Shown: positions 34,010 to 43,545 of the stretch, piece after piece | Layout of the letters: the number at the start of each line of letters is the position of its first letter | Numbering within the stretch: the stretch's first letter is position 1 | Virus record (IMG/VR): IMGVR_UViG_3300005937_000003 | Coordinates: 1-64,000 of that record | DNA from: a virus | Lineage: Duplodnaviria > Caudoviricetes | Direction: 5' to 3' (one strand) | Length of the DNA stretch: 64,000 nt | Notes under the pieces: model-generated | Databases searched by the model: none | Told to the model about the DNA's origin: nothing | What the model saw: only the letters and a program-made list of their open reading frames with translations | Made by a program: the position numbers and the translations under genes

Positions 34010-34083
34010 TGGACGGCGCGACGGGAGTCGAACCCGTTTAGTCAGTTTTGCAGACTGATCCCTGGCCGTTCGGGCACGCGCTG
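34010..34083 (-). tRNA. tRNA-Cys (GCA) with encoded CCA
   Basis: CAGCGCG TG CCC GAACGGCCA GGG A TCAGT CTGCAAA ACTGA CTAA ACGGG TTCGACT CCCGT CGCGCCG T CCA; 74 nt cloverleaf, U73. Confidence 0.85.
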
Positions 34084-34088
34084 AGGGT

Positions 34089-34283
34089 CTACTTCTTGGG
34101 CTTGTGGCAGGCGCACTGGCAGCGGAAGTTGCGCCCCACGCGGCGGTCCTCCCAGCCTGTGCATTCGGCGTGTAGGTCGCGCAGACGGCGGTGGCGGGCC
34201 ACGCCAGGCTCGGAGTCAACGATCTCGACCACCTGGCCACGCTCGCACAGAATGCTGATGCGCAGCTTGCTGTAGCGGGCCAT
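34089..34283 (-). CDS. Small Cys/His-rich hypothetical protein
   Basis: MARYSKLRISILC..HAEC..CQCACH; ATG overlaps the NUDIX stop. Confidence 0.55.
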   Translation of the reverse strand: MARYSKLRISILCERGQVVEIVDSEPGVARHRRLRDLHAECTGWEDRRVGRNFRCQCACHKPKK

Positions 34284-34816
34284 CAGTAGCTCTGCGCCTT
34301 GATCCAGCGGTTGACGCGGTTGGCCACCGCGTGGGTGACGGCGTTGCAACCGTGCGGCAGGCGGTCGGCGTCCCACCAGGCCAGTGGGTACTTCTCGTCG
34401 CCGTTGGTCACGGGGATCTCGCCCGCCCAGTCGGTGATCAGGAAGGGGTGGAAGGTGCGCCCGTTGGCGTCTTGGAAGCTGCCCAGGTCGTGCACCTCGG
34501 CCGCGAACAGCCCCAGTTCCTCGTACAGTTCGCGCAGCGCGGCGTGCTTGCCGTCCTCGCCCTTGTCCACGCGGCCTGAGCCGAAGCACCACTGGTTGAT
34601 GGGCGGCCACGGTGGCAGGCGGAACTCCATCAGCACGCGGCCCGTCTCGGGATCGAGCAACACGTAGATGGCGACCTCGGTCTTATTCTCGTAGTGGTCG
34701 GCGGCCGCCGACATGCCCTTGTACTTCAGGACACCGTCGTCGGGCTTGCTCGCGCCGTTGGCGATCTCGGACAGGCCAGGCAGACTGGCGAAGTCGGAGG
34801 CGGTTGGCTGGGTCAT
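34283..34816 (-). CDS. NUDIX hydrolase
   Basis: Nudix box GRVDKGEDGKHAALRELYEELGL. Confidence 0.9.
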   Translation of the reverse strand: MTQPTASDFASLPGLSEIANGASKPDDGVLKYKGMSAAADHYENKTEVAIYVLLDPETGRVLMEFRLPPWPPINQWCFGSGRVDKGEDGKHAALRELYEELGLFAAEVHDLGSFQDANGRTFHPFLITDWAGEIPVTNGDEKYPLAWWDADRLPHGCNAVTHAVANRVNRWIKAQSY

Positions 34817-34983
34817 GACTGGACATCCTTGATGGCGAAGCCCTCGGGCCAGCGCTGGTGGCCAGGGCAGTTGGTGGCGGTGCAATTCCAGGCGGCGCAC
34901 TTGATGCACACGGTGCTGGCAGTCGAGGCCTGCTCGCGAAGCGGCAGGTGGCCGCACAGGTGGCGGACCTCGGTGGTGTTCAT
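34813..34983 (-). CDS. Small Cys-rich protein
   Basis: CGH..CIKC..C..C; first gene after the promoter at 34992-35020. Confidence 0.55.
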   Translation of the reverse strand: MNTTEVRHLCGHLPLREQASTASTVCIKCAAWNCTATNCPGHQRWPEGFAIKDVQS

Positions 34984-34991
34984 GCTCCGCA

Positions 34992-35068
34992 TTATCGCCC
35001 CGTCGCGCCTATCCGTCAACCGATTCGGTGACAGATTGTGTTAGATGTTTGTAAACGTTGTGGGTGAC
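34992..35068 (-). promoter_or_regulatory. Sigma70-type promoter with two 18-bp operator-like boxes
   Basis: Minus strand TTGACG-17-GATAAT, ATG 7 nt later; boxes GTCAACCGATTCGGTGAC (35015-35032) and GTAAACGTTGTGGGTGAC (35051-35068). Confidence 0.7.
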
Positions 35069-35072
35069 AGAC

Positions 35073-35447
35073 TCAATTGCTGCGCTCGGCTAGCCGCTCT
35101 AGCTCGGCCTTGAAGTGCGCCAGTTCCTCGTCGGAGGCGTTTTCAAGGTGGTGCAGGACCAGTTCGGTCCTAGCCTCGGGCAGCGCTCGCAGGATCTCGT
35201 CCAGCTTGAGGTGGACGGCCGCGTTATCCCTGAGTTGCGTGTTCTGGATGATGAACACCAGCAGGAAGGTCAGCACGGTCGTGCCCGTGTTGATCACCAG
35301 TTGCCAGGTGTCCGAGAAGCCGAACAGCGGCCCGCTGACGGCCCACACCAGGCACGCCAAGACGCTCAGGATGAAGGCGAGCGGATGGCCCGTCCAGACG
35401 CCGATCAGCGTCGCGAAGCGGGCGAAGCGCTCGCCCCAGGCGCTCAC
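35073..35447 (-). CDS. Low-affinity iron permease family (Fet4-like, PF04120-type) membrane protein
   Basis: FSDTWQLVINTGTTVLTFLLVFIIQNTQ.RD..A.HLKLDEILRA signature. Confidence 0.85.
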   Translation of the reverse strand: MSAWGERFARFATLIGVWTGHPLAFILSVLACLVWAVSGPLFGFSDTWQLVINTGTTVLTFLLVFIIQNTQLRDNAAVHLKLDEILRALPEARTELVLHHLENASDEELAHFKAELERLAERSN

Positions 35448-35448
35448 C

Positions 35449-35616
35449 TCACAGCAGGCGTGCTAGGGCAAGCCCGCCGAACATGGCGCACAGCTTGGGG
35501 TCCATCTGGTTGGTCAGCCACAGCACCACCGCCGCGATCAGCACGACGATGGCGATCAGGGTGCCGATGGCGCCGCCATATGGCGCGGTCCACAGCACAC
35601 GTCGTTCTACAGCCAC
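35449..35616 (-). CDS. Small two-TM membrane protein
   Basis: SD GGAGGT before GTG; GAIGTLIAIVVLIAAVVLWL. Confidence 0.55.
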   Translation of the reverse strand: MAVERRVLWTAPYGGAIGTLIAIVVLIAAVVLWLTNQMDPKLCAMFGGLALARLL

Positions 35617-35632
35617 GTACTCCCACCTCCCT

Positions 35633-37183
35633 TCACGCCGCGAACGGCGGGACACCCGATTGTTCCTCCTCGCCCTCCTCGGTCGTCACGTCCTGGCCGC
35701 CCAGCGGTAGCCCGCCGCCCTGCACGCGCTCCAGCCAGGCCAGGCTACTCAGCACGCGACGGCGCTCGTCCTCGGTGCCCTCGCTGAGCCAGGGCAGGAT
35801 GGTCGGCACGAAGTCGCGCAGGAACTCGTTGGCGCCGTCCAGGCTCACCAGGCCCGCCTGGGTGCCCACCTGAAACGCCTGGAACAGCGTCAGGATGGTC
35901 TGCGCCACCGCCTGCTCGTCCTTGGCCGCGATCTCGGGCCACGACGGCTCGACCTCGTAGGTCAGCAGCGCGGGCATGTCGAAGCCAGGCGCCTTGGCAG
36001 CCATCGCCAGGAACATCTCGTGCGTCTCGACGTACGGGTCGGTGGTCATCAGCCGCTTACGCTCGATGGTCTTGACGAACGGTCCCATCTGGCTGTCCAC
36101 GCTCGCCTTGCTGGAGGCGACGGCCGTGCCCAGCACGAACTCGGGGATCTGCGCGCTCTGGACGATGCAGTAGAACAGGTACTCCAGCAGGATGCCCACG
36201 CCCGCCGTGCCAGGCTCGGCGGTGATGTAGTTGGCGTCCTCACCCTCGGTCAGCAGGAAGATCTCGTGCCCCTGGAAGTTGACGGGCTGACCTGGCTTCC
36301 AGCCCGCGAAGTTGTCGGCCAGGAAGCGGTTGACGTCCTTGAGGGTGAACTTCACTTTCGGCTTGGCGAACAGGCGGATGCCCTGATTGCCGACCATCAT
36401 GGTGTCGTGGTACGCCCGCAGCAGCGGCTCCAGCGGTTCGAGGTCGCTCACACCGAATAGCTGGTTCTCCTCGGGTTCGTTCTTGAAGTGCACGACGGGG
36501 ATGAAGCCCCAAGGGTTCGGCACCTCGTCGCCTGGATAGCGCTGGCGGATGTCGGCGGGGGCGCGCTCGTCGGCCTTGAGTTGGTACGTCGCGTCGGTCA
36601 GCGTCTCGGTGATCACGTAGCTCGGCTGGGTGTTCGAGTCGGGCCTGTTGGTCGGGTACACGGGGTGGGTGATGATGAGCGCGTCCCACTCGCCCGTGAT
36701 GGGGTCGAGGACGGGCGTGCACCACTCGGGATGCTCCAGGCGGATGTCGAAGCGCTTCTGCTTGCTGAAGCGGTCGTCCACGTAGTCCAGGCGCAGGAAG
36801 ACGTCGCCGTCGCGCAGCGTATTGCGGTTGACGGTCAGGAAGGTCGAGACGAACTTCTGGTCGAACTCGTTCAGCGCCTCGTCGGCCTCGGGCACCTCGG
36901 CCTTGCTCTTGAAGTGCGGCACGCCCACGTAGCCCGCCGTGAAGTTGATGATCGGCCTGGCGAAGTGCGCGCCCAGCTTGTACTGCGGGATCTGGTTGCG
37001 GTACAGCTTGCGCGCCCGCCCGTAGTCCACCCGTGAGGTGTCGAAGTTGGACTCGCGGTTGGGCCACCAGCCCGTGCCCGTGATCGAGGCGCCGTCCTGG
37101 CGCAGCGGGGCGTACGGATCGGTTTCCCCGTAGGCGATGCGATTCATCGCTCTGGCCAGCGCTCGTGTCAACGGGTTGGGCAT
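35633..37183 (-). CDS. Portal protein
   Basis: 516 aa after TerL; WGFIPVVHF.N...G.SDLE, IVQSAQIPEFVLG portal motifs. Confidence 0.9.
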   Translation of the reverse strand: MPNPLTRALARAMNRIAYGETDPYAPLRQDGASITGTGWWPNRESNFDTSRVDYGRARKLYRNQIPQYKLGAHFARPIINFTAGYVGVPHFKSKAEVPEADEALNEFDQKFVSTFLTVNRNTLRDGDVFLRLDYVDDRFSKQKRFDIRLEHPEWCTPVLDPITGEWDALIITHPVYPTNRPDSNTQPSYVITETLTDATYQLKADERAPADIRQRYPGDEVPNPWGFIPVVHFKNEPEENQLFGVSDLEPLEPLLRAYHDTMMVGNQGIRLFAKPKVKFTLKDVNRFLADNFAGWKPGQPVNFQGHEIFLLTEGEDANYITAEPGTAGVGILLEYLFYCIVQSAQIPEFVLGTAVASSKASVDSQMGPFVKTIERKRLMTTDPYVETHEMFLAMAAKAPGFDMPALLTYEVEPSWPEIAAKDEQAVAQTILTLFQAFQVGTQAGLVSLDGANEFLRDFVPTILPWLSEGTEDERRRVLSSLAWLERVQGGGLPLGGQDVTTEEGEEEQSGVPPFAA

Positions 37184-37204
37184 GGGCGGCTCCTCGGCGC
37201 CAGT

Positions 37205-38608
37205 CTACGCGAAGCTGCCCGATACGACCGCCTCGATGGCCTCACGGCTGCCTGGCGATACCATTGCCCGCAGCGGCCACGATGCCAGCGCGAGTGCAGT
37301 CACGGTGTCGTCGTGTCCGCCATCTGGGTGGTCCACGCGGCTCGACTGGCCATGCTTGACGCGGCGCAGGGCGCGCAATTCGTCGCGCAGCCTGGTGAAG
37401 CCCGCAGGTAGCTCGAACTTGCGGTTCTGCAGCAGCACCTGCAGGTTGGAGAGCAGCGCGTTGCGCGACGTCTGCGAGAAGACGTACGGCTCGGCGCCGA
37501 CGATCTGCTCGGCCACGCCCTTCTCGGTCGTCGCGTCGATCAACACGCGGGCGTTGTTGAACTCGGCGCGCAGGGTGTTGACGTCGTCCACCACGCTGCC
37601 CTCGCCCGTGTAGGGCTTGCCCCTGTAGTACAGCCAGCGGGCGATGCGCACGGGCCAGTAGGTGACGTTGAGCACGACGATGGCGGTGTAGTCCTGCACC
37701 TGAGCCAGGTCCACGCCGATGACGTAACGGTGGCCGTTGCCCGCCTCTAGCTCGGGCGGGTAGTCCTCATCGAACAGGTCGGCCAGCAGCGACCAGGCGA
37801 AGACCTGCTCGTCGTCGTCCACGAACTGGGCCAGGTATTCCACCAGCCAGACGTACTCGGGCACCTCCAGCTTGATGCGCTCGATCTCCTCACGCGGCAC
37901 GGCCAGGTTGTCGAAGACCGTCGCGTGGATCGTGCGGTAGTAGCCCGACGGCTCGCTGTAGATGCGCCCGCTGCCGTCCACCAGCACGCGGTTGTCGCCG
38001 TTGGCCAGGTTGTGCAGCGTCTGGAAGTAGTTCTGGCCGTTGGGTGTCGATTCGAGCTTGATGGCCCCGCCTCGGTCCAGCACCATCGCTCGGATGACCT
38101 CGTTGTAGACCTTGTCCTTGATGAAGGCGGCCTCGGTGACGCACACGCCGTTGGCGCCCTTGCCGCGCAGGTACACCCCGTCGCGAGCCGTTGACCTGGC
38201 GTGTAGCTCAGAACCCGTCACCAGCTTCACGCTCGGGAAGGGGCTGCGCTTGATCGGCCCGTCGAGCAGCGCCTCCATCATGCCGTTAGGGTGCTGGGCG
38301 GCCTGCTCGATCTCGTTGAAGTACAGGCTCGCCTGGTCGAGGCTCGGGCCTGTGACGTACCACGTGTGGTTGGCGTGGGTGGCCAGCGAGTGGACGGCGT
38401 CCACCGTCGTCGTCAGGGTCTTGCCCGACCGCCGTCCCGCCACCTTGGTCGAGATGGTGCCGCCGATGTTGACCGCGTCCACCTGCCACGGCGACGTCCG
38501 CAGATCCTTGCCGAAGAAGACCTTGGCGAACTCGCACTTGTCGTGGCGGCAGCGCTGGACCACCTGGGCCAGGCGGGCCATCTGCTCGTGGCGCAGCAGC
38601 ACGGCCAT
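37205..38608 (-). CDS. terL: Terminase large subunit
   Basis: Walker A GRRSGKT, LRG, Walker B VTEAAF, STPNG, nuclease IGVDLAQVQDYT and HDDTVTALALA. Confidence 0.95.
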   Translation of the reverse strand: MAVLLRHEQMARLAQVVQRCRHDKCEFAKVFFGKDLRTSPWQVDAVNIGGTISTKVAGRRSGKTLTTTVDAVHSLATHANHTWYVTGPSLDQASLYFNEIEQAAQHPNGMMEALLDGPIKRSPFPSVKLVTGSELHARSTARDGVYLRGKGANGVCVTEAAFIKDKVYNEVIRAMVLDRGGAIKLESTPNGQNYFQTLHNLANGDNRVLVDGSGRIYSEPSGYYRTIHATVFDNLAVPREEIERIKLEVPEYVWLVEYLAQFVDDDEQVFAWSLLADLFDEDYPPELEAGNGHRYVIGVDLAQVQDYTAIVVLNVTYWPVRIARWLYYRGKPYTGEGSVVDDVNTLRAEFNNARVLIDATTEKGVAEQIVGAEPYVFSQTSRNALLSNLQVLLQNRKFELPAGFTRLRDELRALRRVKHGQSSRVDHPDGGHDDTVTALALASWPLRAMVSPGSREAIEAVVSGSFA

Positions 38609-40002
38609 CAGTGGCGCGTCAGGATGAACAGGACCGTGCCCAGCATCATGCCGAAGACGAACAACGCCAGGACGGCGTTGATGGCGCGGTCACGGCTCAC
38701 CTGCCCAGCAGGCGGCGGATGGCGTAGATCAGGCCCGCCCAGAAGCCGACGCCGATGAGGACGGCGGACGTCATGCCGCGCATACGCAGCACGAAGTCGG
38801 GCGAGGATCGGTCGAGGAAGTCGGGGTCGTCAGGGTACTCGGGATAGTCAGGCGGCGCGGACACCTGGCCGTCGAGATCTATGGGCACGGTTGGACCTCA
38901 CTGGACGAGGCTGCCCCAGGACGGCGCAGGACACGTCTACGGGGGCGCTGAGACGATTGTGGGCGCGTGGCCGACGCGATGGCCAGCCTGACGCTGGCGA
39001 TGTCTCTGGGGTCTGCGGCGTGGCCAAACGGCGCATCGTTGGTGTTGTGGGGCGCCGCCACCAGCGGCTCGGCCAGCAGGCGCCAGGCGGTAGACGGCTC
39101 GACGCCCGTCTGGGTGAAGTCGATACCGCACGAGTCGCACACCATCGGTTCGCCACCCTTGAGCGGGCTGCCGTCGAGATGCTCGCAGCGGGCGGCCATG
39201 ACCACCTCGTTGACACCAGGCAGGTCGCCCACGACCACGAAGGCGGTGCCGTGACACTGCTTGCAGATCACGGCCCAGCGCTGCATGGCTCACTCGTCAG
39301 GCAGCACAGGGACGAGCGGGTTCCACTGCTCGGTGACCACCAGGGTGTTGCCCACGGCGGCCTTCTCGATCTTGAGTAGCTTGCCGCAGTCGCACAGCAC
39401 CGTCGTCGTCTCGCCAGGCATCAGCGCGGCGCTGTGGTGACGATGGCACGTCGGGCACTGGGCGGACGGGTAAGGCGGTGCCTCCTCGGTCATGGCGCCC
39501 TACGATAGCAGCATGTTGGCCCAGGTTGTCGGCGCGATTTACCCCGCCACGATGCTGCTGCTGTTTATCGGGTTCGCGCTGTATTGCCTCTGGATGTCCT
39601 GGCGGGGCAACTAGCTGGGCAGTTCGGGCTGGATCTCGGCGGGATGTAGCTCGGCGTCCTGCTTGACCAGCGCGACCAGTTCGACGCGGCACCGCTCCAG
39701 CAGGTCGTAGTCGTCGTCGTCCTCGTCCACGATGTCGGCCAGGTACTCCAGCCAGGCCAGCAGCGCCTGGACCTGCGCGGCGTCGAGTTGCCAGTTGATC
39801 ATGCCCGTGCTCGCGGATGCCACGCGACTGGCCACCACCAGTCGGTGTAGCCGCGCCACGGCAGCCACACCTGGCTCCAGGCGTCGGCATCGAGTGCCAC
39901 CAGCAGGCTGCCCAGCGGCGTGTGCACGTACAGGCGATTGGGCGGGCTTGGGTCGATGCTGCGGCACTCGGCGTCGCGGGCGCAGTTGTGCACGCGAATC
40001 AC
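38608..40002 (-). other. Cluster of six small ORFs between TerS and TerL (38608-38700 TM, 38697-38888 TM, 38879-39286 Zn-finger, 39290-39493 Zn-finger, 39611-39802, 39799-40002)
   Basis: Start/stop overlaps, CxxC pairs and TM segments. Confidence 0.5.
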
Positions 40003-40808
40003 AGCGCGTCCAGCGCCTCGGCGGCGGCGGGCAAGGCCATCGGCTCGGGCAGATCCTCGCCCAGCAGCAGCGTCCGCAGCGCGCTCGGCAGGTCGCGCCC
40101 CTCGGCGTCGGTGAGCGCCTTCTTTTCGACCACCAGGCCCTGCAGCCGCGCCTGGTTCATGATGGCCGTGTTGACCGCCTGCAGCACCTGACCCGCCACG
40201 CGACGGTACTGCGCGGCGCCCTTGTCGTCGTGGTGCACACGTTTGAAGGTCGGGTGCGGTTCGATGCACGAGAAGACTTCCCCGTAGGTCACCCCGGGCT
40301 GCCCCAGCGGATCGTTCAGCGACATCTCGGCGGGCCGATGCTCCTGGCGCCCCGTGCACATCACCCGAACGGGCATGTTGAACAACACCGCCTGGGTGTA
40401 GGCCTCGTCCTGGCGCAGTAGCTCCAGGCCGTTGCGGATGACGCCGTCGAGCTTGCGGATGGCCTCGGCGCGCAGTTGGTCCTGAGTGCGGGCGACGCGC
40501 AGCAGCCACAGTTCGTTCAGGCGTGCCCAGTCCTCGATGACCGTCACGTGGTCCCAGCCCAGCGCCCTGGCCGTCTCATAGGCGCTCATGCCCGCCAGGC
40601 GATGCTGCTCGACCACCTCCAGGCGACGCATCACCCGAACGTCCTGAGTCCAGTGATTGTTCGCGGGACGATAGTCACGGGGTGGCGTATGGCCGTTGAC
40701 AATCGCTTCGACGTACGGATCGGGCGTGCCCCTGCGCCGCTTGGCGTTGCGCCTGGCATCGGCGGGCCAGCGCTTGGGCGTGCCGTCGGGATTCTTACCG
40801 CGAACCAA
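39999..40808 (-). CDS. Terminase small subunit-like HTH protein
   Basis: HTH RLAGMSAYETARALGWDHVTV, helical middle, NQARLQGL.VEK C-terminal motif; upstream of TerL. Confidence 0.65.
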   Translation of the reverse strand: MVRGKNPDGTPKRWPADARRNAKRRRGTPDPYVEAIVNGHTPPRDYRPANNHWTQDVRVMRRLEVVEQHRLAGMSAYETARALGWDHVTVIEDWARLNELWLLRVARTQDQLRAEAIRKLDGVIRNGLELLRQDEAYTQAVLFNMPVRVMCTGRQEHRPAEMSLNDPLGQPGVTYGEVFSCIEPHPTFKRVHHDDKGAAQYRRVAGQVLQAVNTAIMNQARLQGLVVEKKALTDAEGRDLPSALRTLLLGEDLPEPMALPAAAEALDAL

Positions 40809-41745
40809 TTTCGGCCAGCCCCGGGACGATCAGGTGCATCTCCAGCAGCGACACCACGAGGATCACCAGCACGACGGCCAGCGTCCACGGCGGGTCATAG
40901 CTCACGATTCGCCATACAGTTCGTGCAAGGCCTGGGCGTTGGCGCTCTCCAGGGTATGCCCTTTGAGCGCGGCGTCCGCGATAGACCACGCCGTGAAGCT
41001 CGCCTGACACGCGTTGTGCTCGCACGTCTCGAACTCCGCGCACACCTTGCCACTGTGGTCCTTGATGCGCTGCAGCGCGGCCGTCAAGCGAGCGATCTCG
41101 GCGCGCTGGTCGGCGTACTTCACCCACGGTAGTCTGGCACAGGTGACGGGTCGGTGCGACGGCGGCCCCTCTGCCACTCGCGGCCCTGCGGGCAGGTGGC
41201 GTGGTGCGGCATCTCGGTCGGGACGCGCTTCTGCACGTCGAAGTCAAACGGCTGGCGGGCGCCCGATGGGTTGACCTTCCACCACACGGCGGCGCCGCAG
41301 CTTCTGCAGTAGTTCAGGTTGCCCAGTGGACGGTCGTCGGTCATCGTCATCTGGTTCAGCCTCCAGTTCGTGGTACGGCCCGTTGCAGTGCACCAGGCAT
41401 AGCTCGATCAGCGGGGTGCCTTCAGGCGTCCTGCCCGAAGATGCGCGTGTACTCGGCCGCCCACTCCTCGGTAGTGCGGTGGCGCGTCGGCTGGGGCGTC
41501 CCACCCCGCCAGTTGAGCGGGGCTTGCCCGGGGTTGTCCAGGGCCAGCTTCAGGTCGTCGGTGCGCTGGTGCAGCGCGTGCAGCCGTCGCACGGCCTCGA
41601 CCAGCGCTGCGTGCAGGCCCATGCAGTCGCGCTCGGTGGCCGCCATGTTCGTGTGCAGCCTGGAGATCAGCACCTCCAAGTTCTCGGCCCGCCGCTTGAA
41701 GACGTTGCGCTCGTGGGCCATCTGCTGGAAGGTCGGCTCGGGCAT
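40795..41745 (-). other. Small ORF cluster (40795-40905 TM, 40902-41123, 41120-41350 CxxC, 41422-41745 coiled coil)
   Basis: Coupled small ORFs with phage-like codon usage. Confidence 0.5.
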
Positions 41746-42086
41746 CAGAAGTCGTCGGCGTCGATGGCCACGATCCAGGCGCACGCCATCGCCGCGACCT
41801 GCACCAGTTCCTTGCGTAGCTCGTCCTGGCGCGTGAAGGCGCCCTTCTCCTGCTCGTAGCGCGCATCGTAAGTCAGCAGATGCGCCACCTCACCCAGTTC
41901 CTCCATCAGGATTGGCAGCCACTCGTCGTTGGTCCAGTGCGCGTCCTCGCGGCTGTTGCCCACGGCGCCGTGCTTCAGGTGGGCGCGAATGCGCTCCTTG
42001 TGGACGTCCACGTAGGGCTGCCAGGCCGTCGCGGGGATCTCGGCCTCACTGGGCACCGTGCGGCCCTTGGCATGCGTTCTCGGCAT
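41745..42086 (-). CDS. MazG-like nucleotide pyrophosphohydrolase
   Basis: WLPILMEELGEVA..LRKELVQVAAMACAW motif. Confidence 0.85.
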   Translation of the reverse strand: MPRTHAKGRTVPSEAEIPATAWQPYVDVHKERIRAHLKHGAVGNSREDAHWTNDEWLPILMEELGEVAHLLTYDARYEQEKGAFTRQDELRKELVQVAAMACAWIVAIDADDF

Positions 42087-42092
42087 GCCCCC

Positions 42093-42121
42093 ATTGTCAC
42101 CGATCTGGGTTACGCTGGCAA
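42093..42121 (-). promoter_or_regulatory. Promoter with operator in spacer
   Basis: TTGCCA-17-GACAAT, ATG 6 nt later; box GTCACCGATCTGGGTTAC at 42096-42113. Confidence 0.6.
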
Positions 42122-42123
42122 GG

Positions 42124-43545
42124 TCACCTCAGCGGTGGTGGCGGGCCACCCAGTTCCACGAAGAATTGCAGCGTCCTGATGCACTCCAGGCACAGCGTGA
42201 TCAGGCGGCCGTCCTCCCCGTAGCCATGCCCGACGCTGGGTTCCCACCAGGCGCGGATGTCGTGCTCCAGGGGCGACCCGTTGCGCAGGTTGCAGCAGAA
42301 ACACACGTCGGTGTCGATGACAGGCCGATCCTCGGCCTTGAGTCTGAGCATGTGCACCTCCCTGAGTGCGGTCAGTTCGGGGCCTCTTAGCGTCGGTGGT
42401 TACGGATGAATCTCGCCGCGCACACCCAGCCCAGGATCAGCGGCCCGACGCTCAACATCACCAGCCAGTCCGCAGGCTGTGGGTCTTCCCGCCCGTCCTC
42501 GGCGTACTGCGCCCCCAGCAGGCCGAAGCTCATGCCCCAGTAGGCGGCCAGCGCGATTGGCCACCAGGGGTCCACGCCCGCGCATGGTAGCTCAGCGCTT
42601 CTTGCGGCCGCCGCTCCTGTGACGCTTGCCGTGGGCCATCGAGTTCGAGATCTTGGCCGCCCGCGTCTTGGACATGCCCTTCTTGCGCAGCCCCTCGTAG
42701 ACCTTGGGCCACAGGATCGAGTCGTACTTCTTGCCTGGCATCGGTCCTCCTCACGCTGGCGCCTGGCTGGCCTGGAAGATGGCCTGGTTGGCGTTGCTCA
42801 GCGCGGGGATGAAGCATGCCGCGCACATCACCTCTGGCACCAGGCCGTAGGCGTGCTCCAGCCACGTGCGACCCACCAGCGGCAGGCTCTTGAGGCCGCT
42901 AGAGGCCACCAGCGCGGCCCTGGAGACGTCTGGCGTCCCGCACGACTGACAGGTCGGCTTCGATGGTTCAGTGGCCTCCTGGGCCGCCTGTGAGGCCTCC
43001 TGGGGCACGGTTGCGTCCTCAGCCATCAGGCATCTCCACGTGGATGCGGTGGCCACACACCAGGCAGTCGAAGATCTCGCACGTGCCGAAGTCGTGGTCC
43101 TCGTCCTTGACGTACTCGACGTCGCCGCCGCAGCGCGGGCAGTCCACCTCGGCGCCCGACCAGCACTTGGTCACCTGCGACGGCCGCGCAGGCGCATGAT
43201 GCGCGAGTCGAAGCCCGCCTCCTCCAACGCCCGCGTCCTGGCCTCGACACGACTGCGGATGGCGCGGCCATCCTCGCACCAGCGGCCGCGTGGGCACAGC
43301 CTGCACTCCTGGCAGTGCGCCTGCCACCACTGCATCGCCGTCTGCAGGCGGACCATCAGGCGGGCGCGCAGCCTGGCGCACTCGACGCATTGCCTGGTGC
43401 CCGTAACGGGATGGCGGCGCACGTTGGGGTTCGGCTCGCCGTCGATGTCGGTGCGCAGGTCGTGGCCGCGTACACACCGCTCCTTGTCGCTCTGCCAGTG
43501 GCTGCCGTCCAGGCGTTTGCCCGACGGGTTGGTGGCGACCGTCAC
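42124..43545 (-). other. Small ORF cluster (42124-42357 Zn, 42387-42575 TM, 42592-42741 basic, 42751-43026 Zn, 43019-43174 Zn, 43171-43545 HNH-associated C-x2-GH..C-x2-C type)
   Basis: Coupled ORFs; CxxC motifs; MPGKKYDSILWPKVYEGLRKKGMSKTRAAKISN basic peptide. Confidence 0.55.

Noticed and set aside
34010-34083. tRNA as a prophage attachment site
   Set aside because: It lies mid-genome in a phage operon, with no integrase or duplicated 3' fragment in the window
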